The notes: generated by a model not told the origin, from the letters alone. Positions 1 to 12,400 are shown, counted from the stretch's first letter. The stretch is 64,000 nucleotides of DNA from Octopus sinensis (GCF_006345805.1 NC_043002.1:2666001-2730000); one strand, 5' to 3'. Translations and numbers: made by a program.

Positions 1-352
1 AAATCGCATTCTTAAAGATGTCCCTCAGGTTTTTAATAAAATTCAATTCCCAATAGAAGAGATGTGCCAAGTTCCGTATTATGAGGCAGTTTACCTGTTG
101 TGTATTCCTCAGATTGGTATTGCGAGGAGGTGGTAAACACACGCAAAAAAAAAAACAATGTAAATTTGCCTGGATGAATCATAAAGAATTCCATTTGGTT
201 CCACATGATGGACATATGAGAATGCTGGAATGGTATCCATTGAGTGACATCTTTAAATGGAGTTTGAAGAAATAAACATTTTTACGGCAAAGTAGAGCAA
301 CATGGTTGGGCAAGTTTCAGCGTTGCATGATTATCGACTGAAATATTCCAAT

Positions 353-460
353 GTAGAACACCTGGTCTTCGTAGATCACCTGGTCTTCGTAGAACACCTG
401 GTCTTCGTAGAACACCTGGTTTTCGTAGAACACCTGGTTTTCGTAGAACACCTGGTCTTC
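353..460. repeat. 18-bp tandem minisatellite, 6 copies (GTAGAACACCTGGTCTTC)
   Basis: Six head-to-tail units read directly, 0-1 substitutions each, no spacers. Confidence 0.95.
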
Positions 461-1224
461 ATTTCATTCCACGCTTATTTCTTCGTGTTGGCAAATATAA
501 CTAACAAGCAATTCCTGGTACTCCATAGGTAGAGAAATGACCGGAATCGCCCACCCCTTCCTCTTCCTGAGAACCAAATATTCCATATTGCGAGTGATTC
601 CTAAAGAGGAGATTTTTGCTGAAGAAATCACAAACAATATTGAAATGTTCGCTGGATTCATTTGTTGAACGGTAAGTTGACAAACTGAGTACATTTGCAC
701 GTCGAGTACATGATACAGAAAGGACTGAATGGAATGGGAATGAAATGGGTGCTAAACATAGCGTTGATGAAAATAAAACAGTTTGTGTGAAAACTAAGAA
801 TGTGAATGACAAATGAGTGTTTTGACAGCAACAAAATTACTATTGTAAATCACGTCAACAGCGAAAAATTCCATATTCGCCGTTAATATATTTTCTATAC
901 ACGAGGCTCTTCTAAAAGATAACACGAGATAGTTTTGTTTAAAACAAAAACATCACAAACCACATGATAAGTTCGACGTCTAAGAATACGTTGCAAGAAG
1001 AATGTCGGCATGTGGGGGAGCTTAATAAGGCAATGATAGTAAAGACTGGTCTCTACATTTCTAACACAAACGGTACAAGACTTGGTTGACGAAGATCGGA
1101 CAGAATGTAATAAAGCGTTTGTCAAAAAAAGCAACAAAATTAATTAAGTTACGAATAATGAAAATATGAAATATGATTGGAGGCGGAAGTTGTTTTGGAA
1201 TCAGTAAAGTATGTCGGTGAGGGT

Positions 1225-1318
1225 GAGAAGCGGGGAGAAGCGGGGAGAAGCGGGGAGAAGCGGGGAGAAGCGGGGAGAAGCGGGGAGAAGCGGGGAGAAG
1301 CGGGGAGAAGCGGGGAGA
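1225..1318. repeat. 10-bp G-rich tandem repeat (CGGGGAGAAG), about 9 copies
   Basis: Perfect units visible at 1231-1310. Confidence 0.95.
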
Positions 1319-1550
1319 TGGGGATGTTTCCAGCTCTTTGCAGTAACTACACTTACCGGCAGATAAAAAGATACGGTAGCAACAACAACAACAACAACAA
1401 CAGCAACGAACACACTGACGGCATAGAAGCCGATTCGGTTGAACGACTAGAATGGAATACTCTTATGGGACCAACAATTCCGTGAATTGAATTCCGACAA
1501 TTATAAATTCTGGCCTGGGTGAGAAGACGAAGTACAAGTAACAGCACTCA

Positions 1551-1784
1551 AAGGCGGCGAGCTGGCAGAGTGGTTAGCACGCCGGACGAAATGCTTAGCA
1601 GTATTTTGTCTGCCGCTACGTTCTGAGTTCAAATTCCGCCGAGGTCGACTTTGCCTTTCATCCTTTCGGGGTCGATTAAATAAGTACCAGTTATGCACTG
1701 GGGTCGATGTAATCGACTTAATCCGTTTGTCTGTCCTTGTTTGTCCTCTCTGTGTTTAGCCCCTTGTGGGTAGTAAAGAAATAG
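1551..1784 (+). mobile_element. tRNA-derived SINE, family A (octopus OR1/OK-type; exact name unverified)
   Basis: A-box-like TGGCAGAGTGG (1563-1573), B-box-like GAGTTCAAATTCC (1625-1637), body GTCGACTTTGCCTTTCATCCTTTCGGGGTCGA; more than 15 related copies in the window. Confidence 0.9.
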
Positions 1785-2469
1785 AAATAGATATGCATAA
1801 CAGCATTTGTTATGGAAGAGTAAGTTACTATCACTCGAAATACTGACAGGAATATCCACCATTACAACATTATGGAAGATAAATATCGCCTTTGTAGTGT
1901 TTTCGGGAACAATGGAGCACGTTGTATCAGTGAAATCTCCTTGGAAGCTCAATAATGAAACAAAAATACTTCTATATACGCCGGACCAACAAATCTCAGC
2001 TCCTTTATCTGTGATATTTAATGAGCTTCTACCTGTCTTAGAAAACGACAATAAGATAATCCTGTGCAACACGACTATCAGCAGCCAAGATTAGCGATAA
2101 ATGTGACAATGGCAGAGTAATTATTATCGATGCAGCAACGGCAAATGATTGTATTGTTGTGATGAAGAGAAGTAAAAGAAGCGGAATTAGGATCGATTTT
2201 CTCGTTGGATTACAAATATTACGACTGTTTAAAAATGTGTCTATCAGAGCTTTTGTAATTTATGCAACTGGAAATGATGAAGGCATTGCCTTTGTTAACT
2301 CAAAAGATAGACATCGACAGGTTTCAGGAAGAAGCTCTACAAGGACCTGTATAAAACATATCAACGTTTGTTATCGCTCAGAATCTGTAACCTTTTTATC
2401 TTAATATTTGAGTACCTTTCCGAAATGTACCAAATTCTTTTGACGTAAGGAAGATAAATGTTGATAATA

Positions 2470-2561
2470 ATGATGATGATGATGATCATGATGATGATCA
2501 TGGTGATGATGATGATGGTGATGATGATAGTGATGATGATGGTGATGATGATGATGATGAT
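2470..2561. repeat. (GAT)n microsatellite
   Basis: Direct reading. Confidence 0.95.
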
Positions 2562-2566
2562 AAGTT

Positions 2567-2646
2567 AACAAGTGTCACCTTAGTCTGCTGGCTGTAGGCA
2601 GCTGACACTCCATCATACTCAGAAAAATAAGCTGTGAGTTTTCAAA
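2567..2646 (+). mobile_element. 3'-UTR stub of an R4/Dong-like LINE
   Basis: AACAAGTGTCACCTTAGTCTGCTGGCTGT..CAGCTGACACT matches the reverse complement of 53225-53305, the 3' UTR of the RLE-LINE fragment there; flanked by triplet repeats. Confidence 0.7.
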
Positions 2647-2743
2647 GAAGAAGAAGAAGAAAAAGGACAACAACAACAACAAAATGGTAATACGAATAAA
2701 TTTTAAACTTTATTTGCTCTTTATATATAGACATATATATATA

Positions 2744-2813
<70 letters not shown>

Positions 2814-3091
2814 TTGTTTTATTTATATTTCCTGAGCGCCATACTAATACAATTGTTCGTTTGTTTTCCACCTGCCTTCGTCTTTTGTTTATTTTCATAA
2901 AGCTTCCCGTTATATATATATATATAAACGAAGTCAAATGCGATACAATAAAATTAATTATATATATATAGGTACATATATATATGCGTGTGTTTGTCTA
3001 TCTGTCTGTCCGTCTGTGTATGTGTGCGTGTGTGTGTGTATATGTGTGTACGCGTGTGTATGTATATGTGTATGTGTGTATGTGTGTGTGG

Positions 3092-3135
<44 letters not shown>

Positions 3136-4384
3136 TGTGTGTAAAGAACTCAAATAGGATTTAAAATTCACTACAGCTGCTTTGGTTATGGAATTTTTTG
3201 ATGTATTCATAGATTACATCGGAGCATAAATCCACCATCTTCAGGTGGAATTTTAAACAGGTATAACCAGGTGAAATAAGACTTTGATGATGACCAATCC
3301 AACAACCAGCATGAGGAATAAGTATACACCTGAGAAGAGAAAGGTAGGAATACTTTGAGTGTTTTAACATGAATAAAAAAAGGAAACATTGATACGTTGA
3401 CGCGTTCCTGTTGCAATGTGCCATCGGTAAATTGATATAGGGGGGTGGGAGATCATAACATTTGGCTATTTGTTTACGGCATATGGATCTATAAGATCGC
3501 CATCTAAACAAGGAAACAACTTTCATAATGTTGTAATCCAAAATTCACTCCGGTATAGCAGTATAGTTATTTAGACAAGACACGACTACCTATAGCCGAC
3601 TACCTCACCTGTTCGACGTAACAGTATTTGTAACGACTGGCACATACCACTCCCCACGTTGAAGGGGTGTTCCATTATCACTATTATCTCCAGAGCATAT
3701 AACCAAACGCTGACTACTTCTAGACTACCATGGGAGAGAAAGGACAACAACAACTACTGCTACTCCTACTGATAGTGCTTTGTTACTATCACTACAACTA
3801 CTACTACTTCTGCTAGAACAACTACTACTAATGCTGCGGCAGCTACCACTCCCAATCTTACTACGGACAGGAGCAAACTATTCCTTGTACAACTATGGCT
3901 ACTACTATTTCCATCACTACTAGAACTGCTGCTTAAGTTGTAACTACTATTTCTACTAGTGAGACTTATAGACCACTACTACAACGGTCACTACCATTAC
4001 TGCCGTTATTATTATTGCCACCACCTTTAAACAATTCCCGCTGCTAACAGCAACATTGCTAGTAAGGAACAAAAGACAACTGCCGCTACTAAAACTATTA
4101 CTACTACTATTACAACCGAACGACCATCAGAAGCAGGTGAACGACCAGCACAATGTGAACTTTGTAACAAAAACTTCCAAAGTTAACATCGTAAAAGATT
4201 AATTTACTTTATATCAATTTATTTCCCAATCTTTTGCAGCCTGACTATCCTGACTTAAAGCAATTGAAACCGGTAGCGTATTTGCACAAAAATGGCTTTC
4301 CCTTCTTTTATTAACAAACTACTCCAAGCATTCTCCTCTTTTTTCCTTAATGTGAATTTACTCGTGTGAATCTTTTTAACCTTT

Positions 4385-4626
4385 TATATATATATATATA
4401 CATGCATAAACACACACGCACGCGCACGCACACATAAACACACATATATATACACATAACTCTCTCTACCTTTCAGCCCCCCCTCTCTCTCTCTTTCTCT
4501 CTCTATCTATCTATCTCATCTCGGTCTCTCTCTCTCTCTCGCTATATATATATATATATATATACACACACATATATATACATATATATACATATATATA
4601 TATACATACATATATACATATATATA

Positions 4627-4700
<74 letters not shown>
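4385..4700. repeat. Compound (TA)n/(CA)n/(CT)n/(TG)n microsatellite
   Basis: Direct reading; representative of dozens of such tracts in the window. Confidence 0.95.
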
Positions 4701-4701
<1 letters not shown>

Positions 4702-4702
4702 C

Positions 4703-4768
4703 TAGCAGGGCCTTAGCATGGCCACCGCCTTAGGGCTGAAACATATAAAAGCATATAAGAATGAAGGA
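4703..4768 (+). mobile_element. Isolated retroposon 3' tail (related to the CR1-group LINE end at 23623-23689)
   Basis: GCAGGGCCTTAGCATGGCCACCGCCTTAGGGCTGAAAC aligns with the LINE tail GCGGTGCCCCAGCATTTCCACAGCTCATTAGCTGAAAC; followed by an A-rich tail. Confidence 0.55.
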
Positions 4769-4914
4769 ATATATATACATACGTGCATACAAATGTGTGT
4801 ACATTGAGGTACATCGTTTTGTTGATTATCTCCTTTAACCCAGTTATTCTACTTTGAATACTGAATGTGCTGTGAGGGGGATAGTGCGTGTGTGTGTGTG
4901 TGCACGTGTGTGTA

Positions 4915-4961
<47 letters not shown>

Positions 4962-5597
4962 TGTGTGTGCGTGCGTGTGTGAAAAACTAATCTTGAAAAA
5001 TACATATTATCGCCCAAAAAATAACCATCTAGGTAGGGAGTGAAACTTCAACAACCGTTATGCTTGGTTGAGTTCTGGCAATTGTTAGATAAAAACTGAC
5101 CGTTTGTTATTATTTTTGCGAAATAGGACAATTAAAAATATTCCTAAGCATAAAGAAAAAATATGAAGCGTGAAATATGGTTGGTTGAACGCCACTCTAA
5201 TTGCTTGTTGAACGAATCTATTAGCTCAAAATAGCTGCGGCTGATTGATGTAGCGCTGCTATACGAGCTCAACTTCAAAACTAGTTTTTTGCACTCTTTC
5301 TAATATATAAAAGCTTTGCTTAAACAACACCGACCTGATGTTTATTTGAGGACTTATACAAGGCAGCCAATATTACATTTCAAACGATAGCCTTATATTT
5401 TCTACCCATTACCAAAGCGATCGAACGAGCATCGATTTTTGTTTTTACGTGAATTTGGGTCATGTTTTTGTGCAAAGGAAAACACGATGTAGTGACGTTG
5501 ATCCTTTCCTAATAGACACTGGTGACGTTGCAGAAATAAAAGATTTTTTACCCCTTCCCTCCCCCAACAATATCATATTCAATTGTTTCACTTGTGT

Positions 5598-5720
5598 GAA
5601 GACGTGTGGCCTAGTGGTTACGGTGTTGTACTCACGATCGACAAACCGTCGGTTCGATTCCCGACCTGGGTGACGTGTTGTTTTCTTGCGCAAAATACTT
5701 CATTTCATGTTGTTCTGGTG
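5598..5720 (+). mobile_element. tRNA-headed CORE-type SINE, 5' part
   Basis: A box TGGCCTAGTGG, B box GGTTCGATTCCC, then GTGTTGTTTTCTTGCGCAAAATACTT (CORE-like); related to 9801-10135. Confidence 0.7.
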
Positions 5721-5916
5721 CTGTGTGGAGACTGACATGTCAAAGAAGGGAGGACCCAACGTTTTCTCTGCTAGGATTTGTACTCCGACCTCGTAAAACC
5801 CTCTCCAATAACGACTACCCAAACAAACCCATGGGTTAGAGGGTTGTCGCCTGGGTAGTACAAAGGTGTCATCCGTGGATGAAGCGACGCACGGTTACAG
5901 CACGTGCAGTAAAAGC

Positions 5917-6060
5917 TATCACGAAAGAGGTCAACTATCACGAAAGAGGTCAGCTGTCACGAAAGAGGTCAGCAGTCACGAAAGAGGTCAGCTGTCACGA
6001 AAGAGGTCAGCTGTCACGAAAGAGATCAGCAGTCACGAAAGAGGTCAGATGTCACGAAAG
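5917..6060. repeat. 19-bp tandem minisatellite, about 7.5 copies (TGTCACGAAAGAGGTCAGC)
   Basis: Direct reading; no spacers. Confidence 0.95.
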
Positions 6061-6492
6061 CCGTTGTTTTAATTTTCGTTTCGATTATTTGTGGAACTAA
6101 TGTCTTTTAGAGAAGCATTACATGTCACACAATCTCAAACTTCCACTTGCACACACACACACACACACACGCACACACCCACACATTCATATGTATATAT
6201 TTATGAAAGTATGTGCATATGCATGTTCTCTTTTTAATTATTGAAAATCTTCCCATGAGGGAGGAGCTGATTTATAACAAAGACAGAAAGATCCATCGTT
6301 GGAATCTAAATAACAAAAGCAATGTCACATCTTAAACTTGACAAAAGTCTTGCAGATTTTTACTGTTCCACTTACTGATTGTATTCGCAGCGTGTGAGTC
6401 GGTTGGTTTCATTGTCTGAAAATCCAAGCTTATCCAGATTGTCGCTCAGGCATTTACTCACAACACTAGTTGTAGTAGTAGTAGTAGTAGTG

Positions 6493-6547
<55 letters not shown>

Positions 6548-6587
6548 CAGTAGTAGTAGTAGTAGTATAGATGAGTATGTATGTATG

Positions 6588-8015
6588 TCATTATTCAGTT
6601 ATATTTCAAGATTTCTTGCCAATAGAGAAAGGTCCGGTTTCTAAACTAGATCCAAGACTCCTTCATTGAAATTTCAACATCAACAACAAGGTATTTTTGT
6701 CTGCAAGTATGTATGTATGTATGTATGTATGTATGTATGTACGTATGTATGTATGTATGTATGTATGTATGTATGTATGTACGTATGTATGTATGTATGT
6801 ATGTATGTATGTACGTATGTATGTATGTATGTATGTATGTATGTATGTATGTATGTATGTATGTATGTATGTGTGCAGATTTGTATGTTTTGCCTTCTGT
6901 ATGTATTCTCATGCATATATTTGCATATCTAGACATATATCTTTAAAAGATAAACTTTACAGATTTTTACAGTTCCAGTGATGGATTAGATCTGTAGTCT
7001 TCGAATTGACTTTCTCCTTTCTGGTTTTGAGAAGCCTAATTTCTCAAGATTGGTATTTAGGCAGTGTATTACAAATCCGAAGACCCCAATAATTACAGGT
7101 ATAAACCTGAACATGAAATCTGAATAGATTAACTGCAGATCTCTCAATAGTTCAGCGTAGGTATTCTATGACCTTCAGCTTTATGTTAACATCCGCTGGG
7201 CAGCTAATTTCCACAACTGTGAACACTTTCTTTTCTCAAATCATTATATGAGGTCTGTGGTGCTTACATTCTATTGAGGTTTTCACTTGGACATCCCACC
7301 AGTACTCCTATGGCCTCTACCATCCTCGGGGTTATCCTTCCGACGGATTTCATTATAGATTATTCTAGCTATATTATGTCTCATCGGTAGATATAAGTGA
7401 TGACATTTTCGAACAACTGCTTATGATGTGGGTGATATCTTCGGTGTTAACTCCACAAAGTCTGCATCGGTTGTCACATTTTACTGCTTTTCCTGCATCT
7501 CTATCTCTTTTATGCATCAGCTATTTGACCCTTCAAAGTGGGAGGTAGTAATCCAGCTATTGGTCCCTGATAGACTGCTTTGATGATCGATGTTACTATC
7601 ACCGCGGAGCTTTCTATTAACACACGCATGCTTAGTCTTCTGCTAATACAGGCTCATCCTTTCATCTGATGATACGTTGCGGTAGAGTCGGGCGATTTCT
7701 TTGGGCACGTATCTAAGGTTATCAGACATAGAGTGTTGCTCAAGGAGCTGCCTTCCAAGTCTTATGATGTTATCAGTCTCATGTATGCAAACTTGGTCAA
7801 GGGATGCACTTCGACATTTGGTGGTTAAAAGATGTTGCTGAAGGAATATGATACGACATCCAAAGGTATTTTGGGTCGATGTTAAGCCTGTCATCTTGTT
7901 TTCGTTTTAAGTAGAGACGGTCTAAGTCTCTATTTATGTGGAAATTATGATGTGTGCTTGTTAGTATTTTTCGGGTTTTCATATCAATGGTTTGGATCTC
8001 ATCAAGCGTCCGATC
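6588..8015 (-). mobile_element. R4/Dong-like (RLE) non-LTR retrotransposon, 3' portion, decayed, in an (ATAC)n tract
   Basis: Minus-strand translation fragments: IDMKTRKILT..HHNFHINRDLDRLYL (thumb), CRLCGVNTEDITHIISSC (CCHC knuckle), VEISCPADVN, IPVII.GVFG; (GTAT)n at both ends and inside the 3' UTR (6706-6870). Confidence 0.8.
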
Positions 8016-9376
8016 AAGTTGTATGTATATATGTATGTATGGCTGGATGGATGGATGGATGAATGGCTGAATGGATGCTTGCATGTATGTATATCTCTGA
8101 GGAAACTTAGACTGGAGAAAATTTACTCGACCAGTAAAACCCTCAGAAGACAAGAAATAAGGAAACTTGAGTTTGACAGGAAATTCATTCGTGAATTAAA
8201 ATCACGTAGAATGGTAAACAAGACGGTCGTTATAGGAGGGTTCTCAGAAACAAAAACCCAACTTTTTTTTCCTCTTCAAAATGGTTGCCTCAACAACTGA
8301 TACACCACTCCATTTTTTTTATTTTTCCTCTTTCTTTGCTAGCTTTGGAATGCATTTTCAGAAGCAGTGTGAATTTTCTTCAAACTTTTCTAAAATCTGT
8401 GGCATTTCAGGATGAATTTCGACTTTACGAACAAAAATAAAACATTTGCAGGGACCAAATCCAAAACACAAGATCTTGAGTTGAACAAGCTTAACAGTTC
8501 TTCCACCGCCATAAAGAAGTCGTGTACAGTACAAGTTTGTTGATAGGGTATAAACCATAAATAAGGAGACTCCGAAGACACATTGAGAAATCTTCAGTTA
8601 GACAACCAACTGGGAAATGTTAAAGATGTGTTAAGTCAAATTGTTTTCAGATTTCAATTTAGAGTCTCATTTAAACAAGTCAAGACAATTTAATGGTGTC
8701 TGATTTTCAGTTTGTTTATTTTTTTTTATTTTCCCTCGTTTCGTTTGTTTGTTTTTAAGCCAATGATGTCTCCTAATAGCAGCGGTTTTTTCCAGACATT
8801 TCTCTTAAAATATTGTTTTAATTGCTCGACTTGTCGACTCTAGTATTAATTATTTCTTCATCATGACAAGTAAATTAATTGACAAGCTAACGAAGGCCTC
8901 TTCGTGATTACTTGAGTTGCTAGAAAAAGCAGCCTAATCTCCTTTAAACTACACCTGACTATCTTTTAAGAAAGGCACCGCACGAGATAAGTAAAGACGG
9001 GGTGAACATGGTTTGATCATCTCTGATCATAGGTCTGGTCAACTAGGACTGACCCAGGGTTATACAACAATAGCGAAGATTATATTTCCGAAGAACATGA
9101 AGTAAAATATAAAGGATCGTATTGTTTCGATATGGCATGATAAAGGAATTAATAGTCAACAGTTTAGCAGTTCAAATCACGCCAAAACTTGTCACGTTTT
9201 TATCACATTCAGGGTCGACAAAATAAATATTTAATCAATGATTAACGATAGAAACAGATCAATAAATATCTGCATTATTGAATGTTTAGCGTCAGAAAAC
9301 TAATCTTAAACCTCGTGTTAACATTGAGGTGTAAAAGCTTAATCTATTTTGGGTGCATGGCAACGAACATCATCAA

Positions 9377-9464
<88 letters not shown>

Positions 9465-9758
9465 TGTTGTTACCAGAGGCGGTAGAAAGCCAGAGTAATT
9501 TATTTTGCAGTATTTTCTTTCATCTCTTTTCTTTTAAAGCCCTCGGGGTTTCAGTTTTCCTCTCATTTTCACGGGATCAATAAGGGTCCATTAATATACT
9601 CCAGTCAATTATCGTTAGAATCTATCCTTCCCTACAAAATATTCAGTTGCTACCAATAACTGTGTGCACCGAATGTCCTATGAAATATGACGGGTGGAGT
9701 TATTCTGATATCTGCATCTACCCCTTGCAAATAAACGAAATTATCATCATCGTCATCA

Positions 9759-9800
<42 letters not shown>

Positions 9801-10135
9801 GTGAAAGCGCATGGCTCAGTGGTTAGAGCGTCGAGCTTACGATTGTCAAGATGTGTGTTCGATTCACGGACCGAGCTGCGTGTTGTGTTCTTGAGCAAGA
9901 CACTTTATTTCACGTTACTCCAGTTAACTCAGCTGTAGAAATGAGTTGCGACGTCACTGGTGCCAAGCTGTATCGACCTTTGCCTTTCCCTTGGATAACA
10001 TCGGTGGCATGGAGAGGGGAGGCTGGTATGCATGGGCGACTGCTGGTCTTCCATAAACAACCTTTCCTGGACTTGTGCCTCGGAGGATAACTTTCTAGGC
10101 GCAATCCCATGGTCATTCATGACCGAAGACATCTC
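9801..10135 (+). mobile_element. CORE-type SINE (octopus OR2-like; name unverified)
   Basis: A box TGGCTCAGTGG (9812-9822), B box GTTCGATTC (9857-9865), CORE-like GTGTTGTGTTCTTGAGCAAGACACTTTATTTCACG; between (ATT)n tracts. Confidence 0.8.
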
Positions 10136-10175
10136 CTCCATTATTATTATTATTATTATTGTTATTATTATTATA

Positions 10176-11308
10176 TGTTTGGCTTTTGCTTTGTATTTGC
10201 ACAAGTTGACTCCAGAGACCTCGAGAGATAACGAGTTAGAAGTTCAAGTTGGTGTAATGACTCGGGTGCCATTTATTTGGTTTTGCATAGAGTATTGTTC
10301 TAGAGAATCTCTGTCAAAATATAAGTAAATTCGAAGTTTGTGCTAAAAGTAATTTGATTCTAAGATGAGAGTAAAAGGTGTTTGCTGTTTTGTACATTGA
10401 AACCTATTTTGACACTGTTTACGGATTAAAAGGTTTTGGGGATTACATAGATAGTATTTTACGTAGGGTATGAATAGTTCCCATAAGCACTATTTTTTAA
10501 AATTTCTTCCATTTTGGGATTTCTTGGTAGCAATCAGCCCTTTTTGCTATCATTCCTAGGGAACCTATGACAACAGGTATTGTTTTAGCCTTGAGGTTCC
10601 ACATTTTGCCAATTTCTATTTCAAGATCTTTATACTTGCTCAGTTCACTTAGATATTATTTTGCCTGTTTTGTTACTGAATATGATGTTTTCTTGTTTTT
10701 ATACTTTAAGACAAGTTTTAACATCCAGTCCTCAGAGTTTTTCAGGTAGGTGTCTAGGCCAATTGTGGCAATCTTTATTGTTATTGCCAGTTGTAAAAGT
10801 CCATGGCCTCCCTCTTTGCTTGGCAGATAAAGTCGTTCTATATCTGCCTTAGGGTGGTGCATTCTATGCATTGTCAACAATTTTCGTATTTTTTTTGTCA
10901 AGATTACATATGTCAGTACTTGACCAATTAATGATATTGAATCTGTAAGTCACGGCTGGTATAACTAAAGTATTGATCGCTTCAATCCTGTTTCTTGCAT
11001 TCAGCTCTGTCTCGAGTATTGTTCTCACCCTGCAATAACATTCTCTTCTGATCCTTTCCCTCACTGAATGTTTGATCCCATCCCTTCAAATACCCCTAGG
11101 GATTTGTAGCTCTCCACTTGCTCTAATTCCTTTATGAAATTCTGCTGGTCAAGATTAACGTTGGGTGTTTCTGTCATTTTTCATTTGACAAATGTTGCTT
11201 TTGCACATTTATCGAGGCCAAATTGCATCCTAATGTCATCACAGAATTGTTTAACAATCGCTAGTAAGCCCTTGAGTTGTTAGTCATTTTTGGCAAAGTG
11301 CTTTAAAT
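10176..11308 (-). mobile_element. R4/Dong-like LINE fragment with internal deletion, in (TAA)n
   Basis: Minus strand: MQFGLDKCAK, RVRTILETELNARNRIEAINTL, RKLLTMHRMHHPKADIERLYLPSKEGGHGL, then directly LSKYKDLEIEIGKMWNLKAKTIPVVIGSLG; (ATT)n on both flanks. Confidence 0.88.
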
Positions 11309-11312
11309 TATC

Positions 11313-11361
<49 letters not shown>

Positions 11362-11363
<2 letters not shown>

Positions 11364-11578
11364 GGCGGTGAGCTAACAGAATCGTTAGCACGCCGGGTGA
11401 GATGCTTAGCAGTATTTCATCTGCTGCAACTTTCTGAGTTCAAATTCCACTGAGGTTGACTTCGCCTTTCATTCTTTTCGAGGTCGATAAAATAAGTACC
11501 AGTTGAACACTGGGGACGATGCAATCGACTCGACCCCCTCCCCCAGAATTGCTGACCTTGTGCCAAACTTTGAAATCA
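11362..11578 (+). mobile_element. SINE family A
   Basis: Homologous to 1551-1784 over head and body; ends TGTGCCAAACTTTGAAATC + (ATT)n. Confidence 0.9.
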
Positions 11579-11620
11579 TTATCATTATCATTATTATTAA
11601 TATTATTATTATTATTATTA

Positions 11621-12177
11621 TTGAGTGAGAGATCAGTGCATACCATCAAAGTGGCACTGGGGTAAAATATACGAAGCCCAGTATACCCATCAGGACTACC
11701 TCTCTGATAAGGGTACACTAGGCACATGCATCACAGCCATATGTGCACGACACGGTGATCTCATATCAAGATAAACAGCGCATAACCTTGCAGGTGGGGC
11801 CCAGTTAGAATTTTCACAAATCGAGTAGCCCAACCCGCTCAAATGTTCCCTGAATAAGGGTTATTTAAGGATGTTGAACGAAACACCCATGTTTCCAGAG
11901 GTGAATTATCCAAACCCCAAAGAATCCCTCTCAACACATGGCTATGATGTTCCCCCACTACTTCTGCTTGTGATCAGAGATGTACATATCGTCAGCGACT
12001 AAGGGACATGCTCAACTGGTTAAAGTCAAACAACTGACAAGCAAATCTGTGGTATTGAGCAGAATATTTGCTGTAGCCCATCTTTTATACCAAGACAAAA
12101 CAATGTACATGATTACACTTCCAAACAGTTAAAATCAGGAGCCATGAGAGCCACTGCCTGGTACTGCATCAGGGCAT
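11621..12177 (-). mobile_element. About 555-bp non-coding retroposon, family B, with (AAT)n tail
   Basis: End-to-end homologous to 48372-48916; partial copies at 39755-39969 and 53944-54375; minus-strand 3' end ..CTCTCACTC(AAT)n. Orientation inferred from the tail. Confidence 0.85.
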
Positions 12178-12189
12178 TTATTATTATTA

Positions 12190-12190
12190 T

Positions 12191-12286
<96 letters not shown>

Positions 12287-12400
12287 CACAGTGACACTGG
12301 GTTACAATTATGCGAAGCCAATATACACATCATGACTATTATCATTATTATTATTATTATCATCATTATCATCATCATCATTATCATCATCATCATTATT

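Noticed and set aside
530-670. Possible exon (AG at 528-529, GTAAGT near 671)
   Set aside because: Stops in all three frames and no recognisable product.
1551-1640. tRNA genes at SINE heads (also 5598, 9801, 51897, 57320)
   Set aside because: A/B boxes are present but there is no complete cloverleaf, and each continues into a SINE body.
353-6060. 18-bp and 19-bp repeat arrays as CRISPR
   Set aside because: No spacers, eukaryotic context, no cas genes.
7666-7672. CTGATGA as a hammerhead core (also 30373-30379, 39270-39276)
   Set aside because: No stem II followed by GAAA and no stem I/III; two lie inside R4-like coding remnants.
11950-12000. CUGACGA in family B as a hammerhead
   Set aside because: Followed by GAAG rather than GAAA, with no consistent stems.
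12100-12177. HDV-like ribozyme at the family B 5' end (and in 14500-14650)
   Set aside because: Could not build the nested double pseudoknot by eye: no P1.1/P4 and no proper L3 or J4/2 C. A formal search is still worthwhile.
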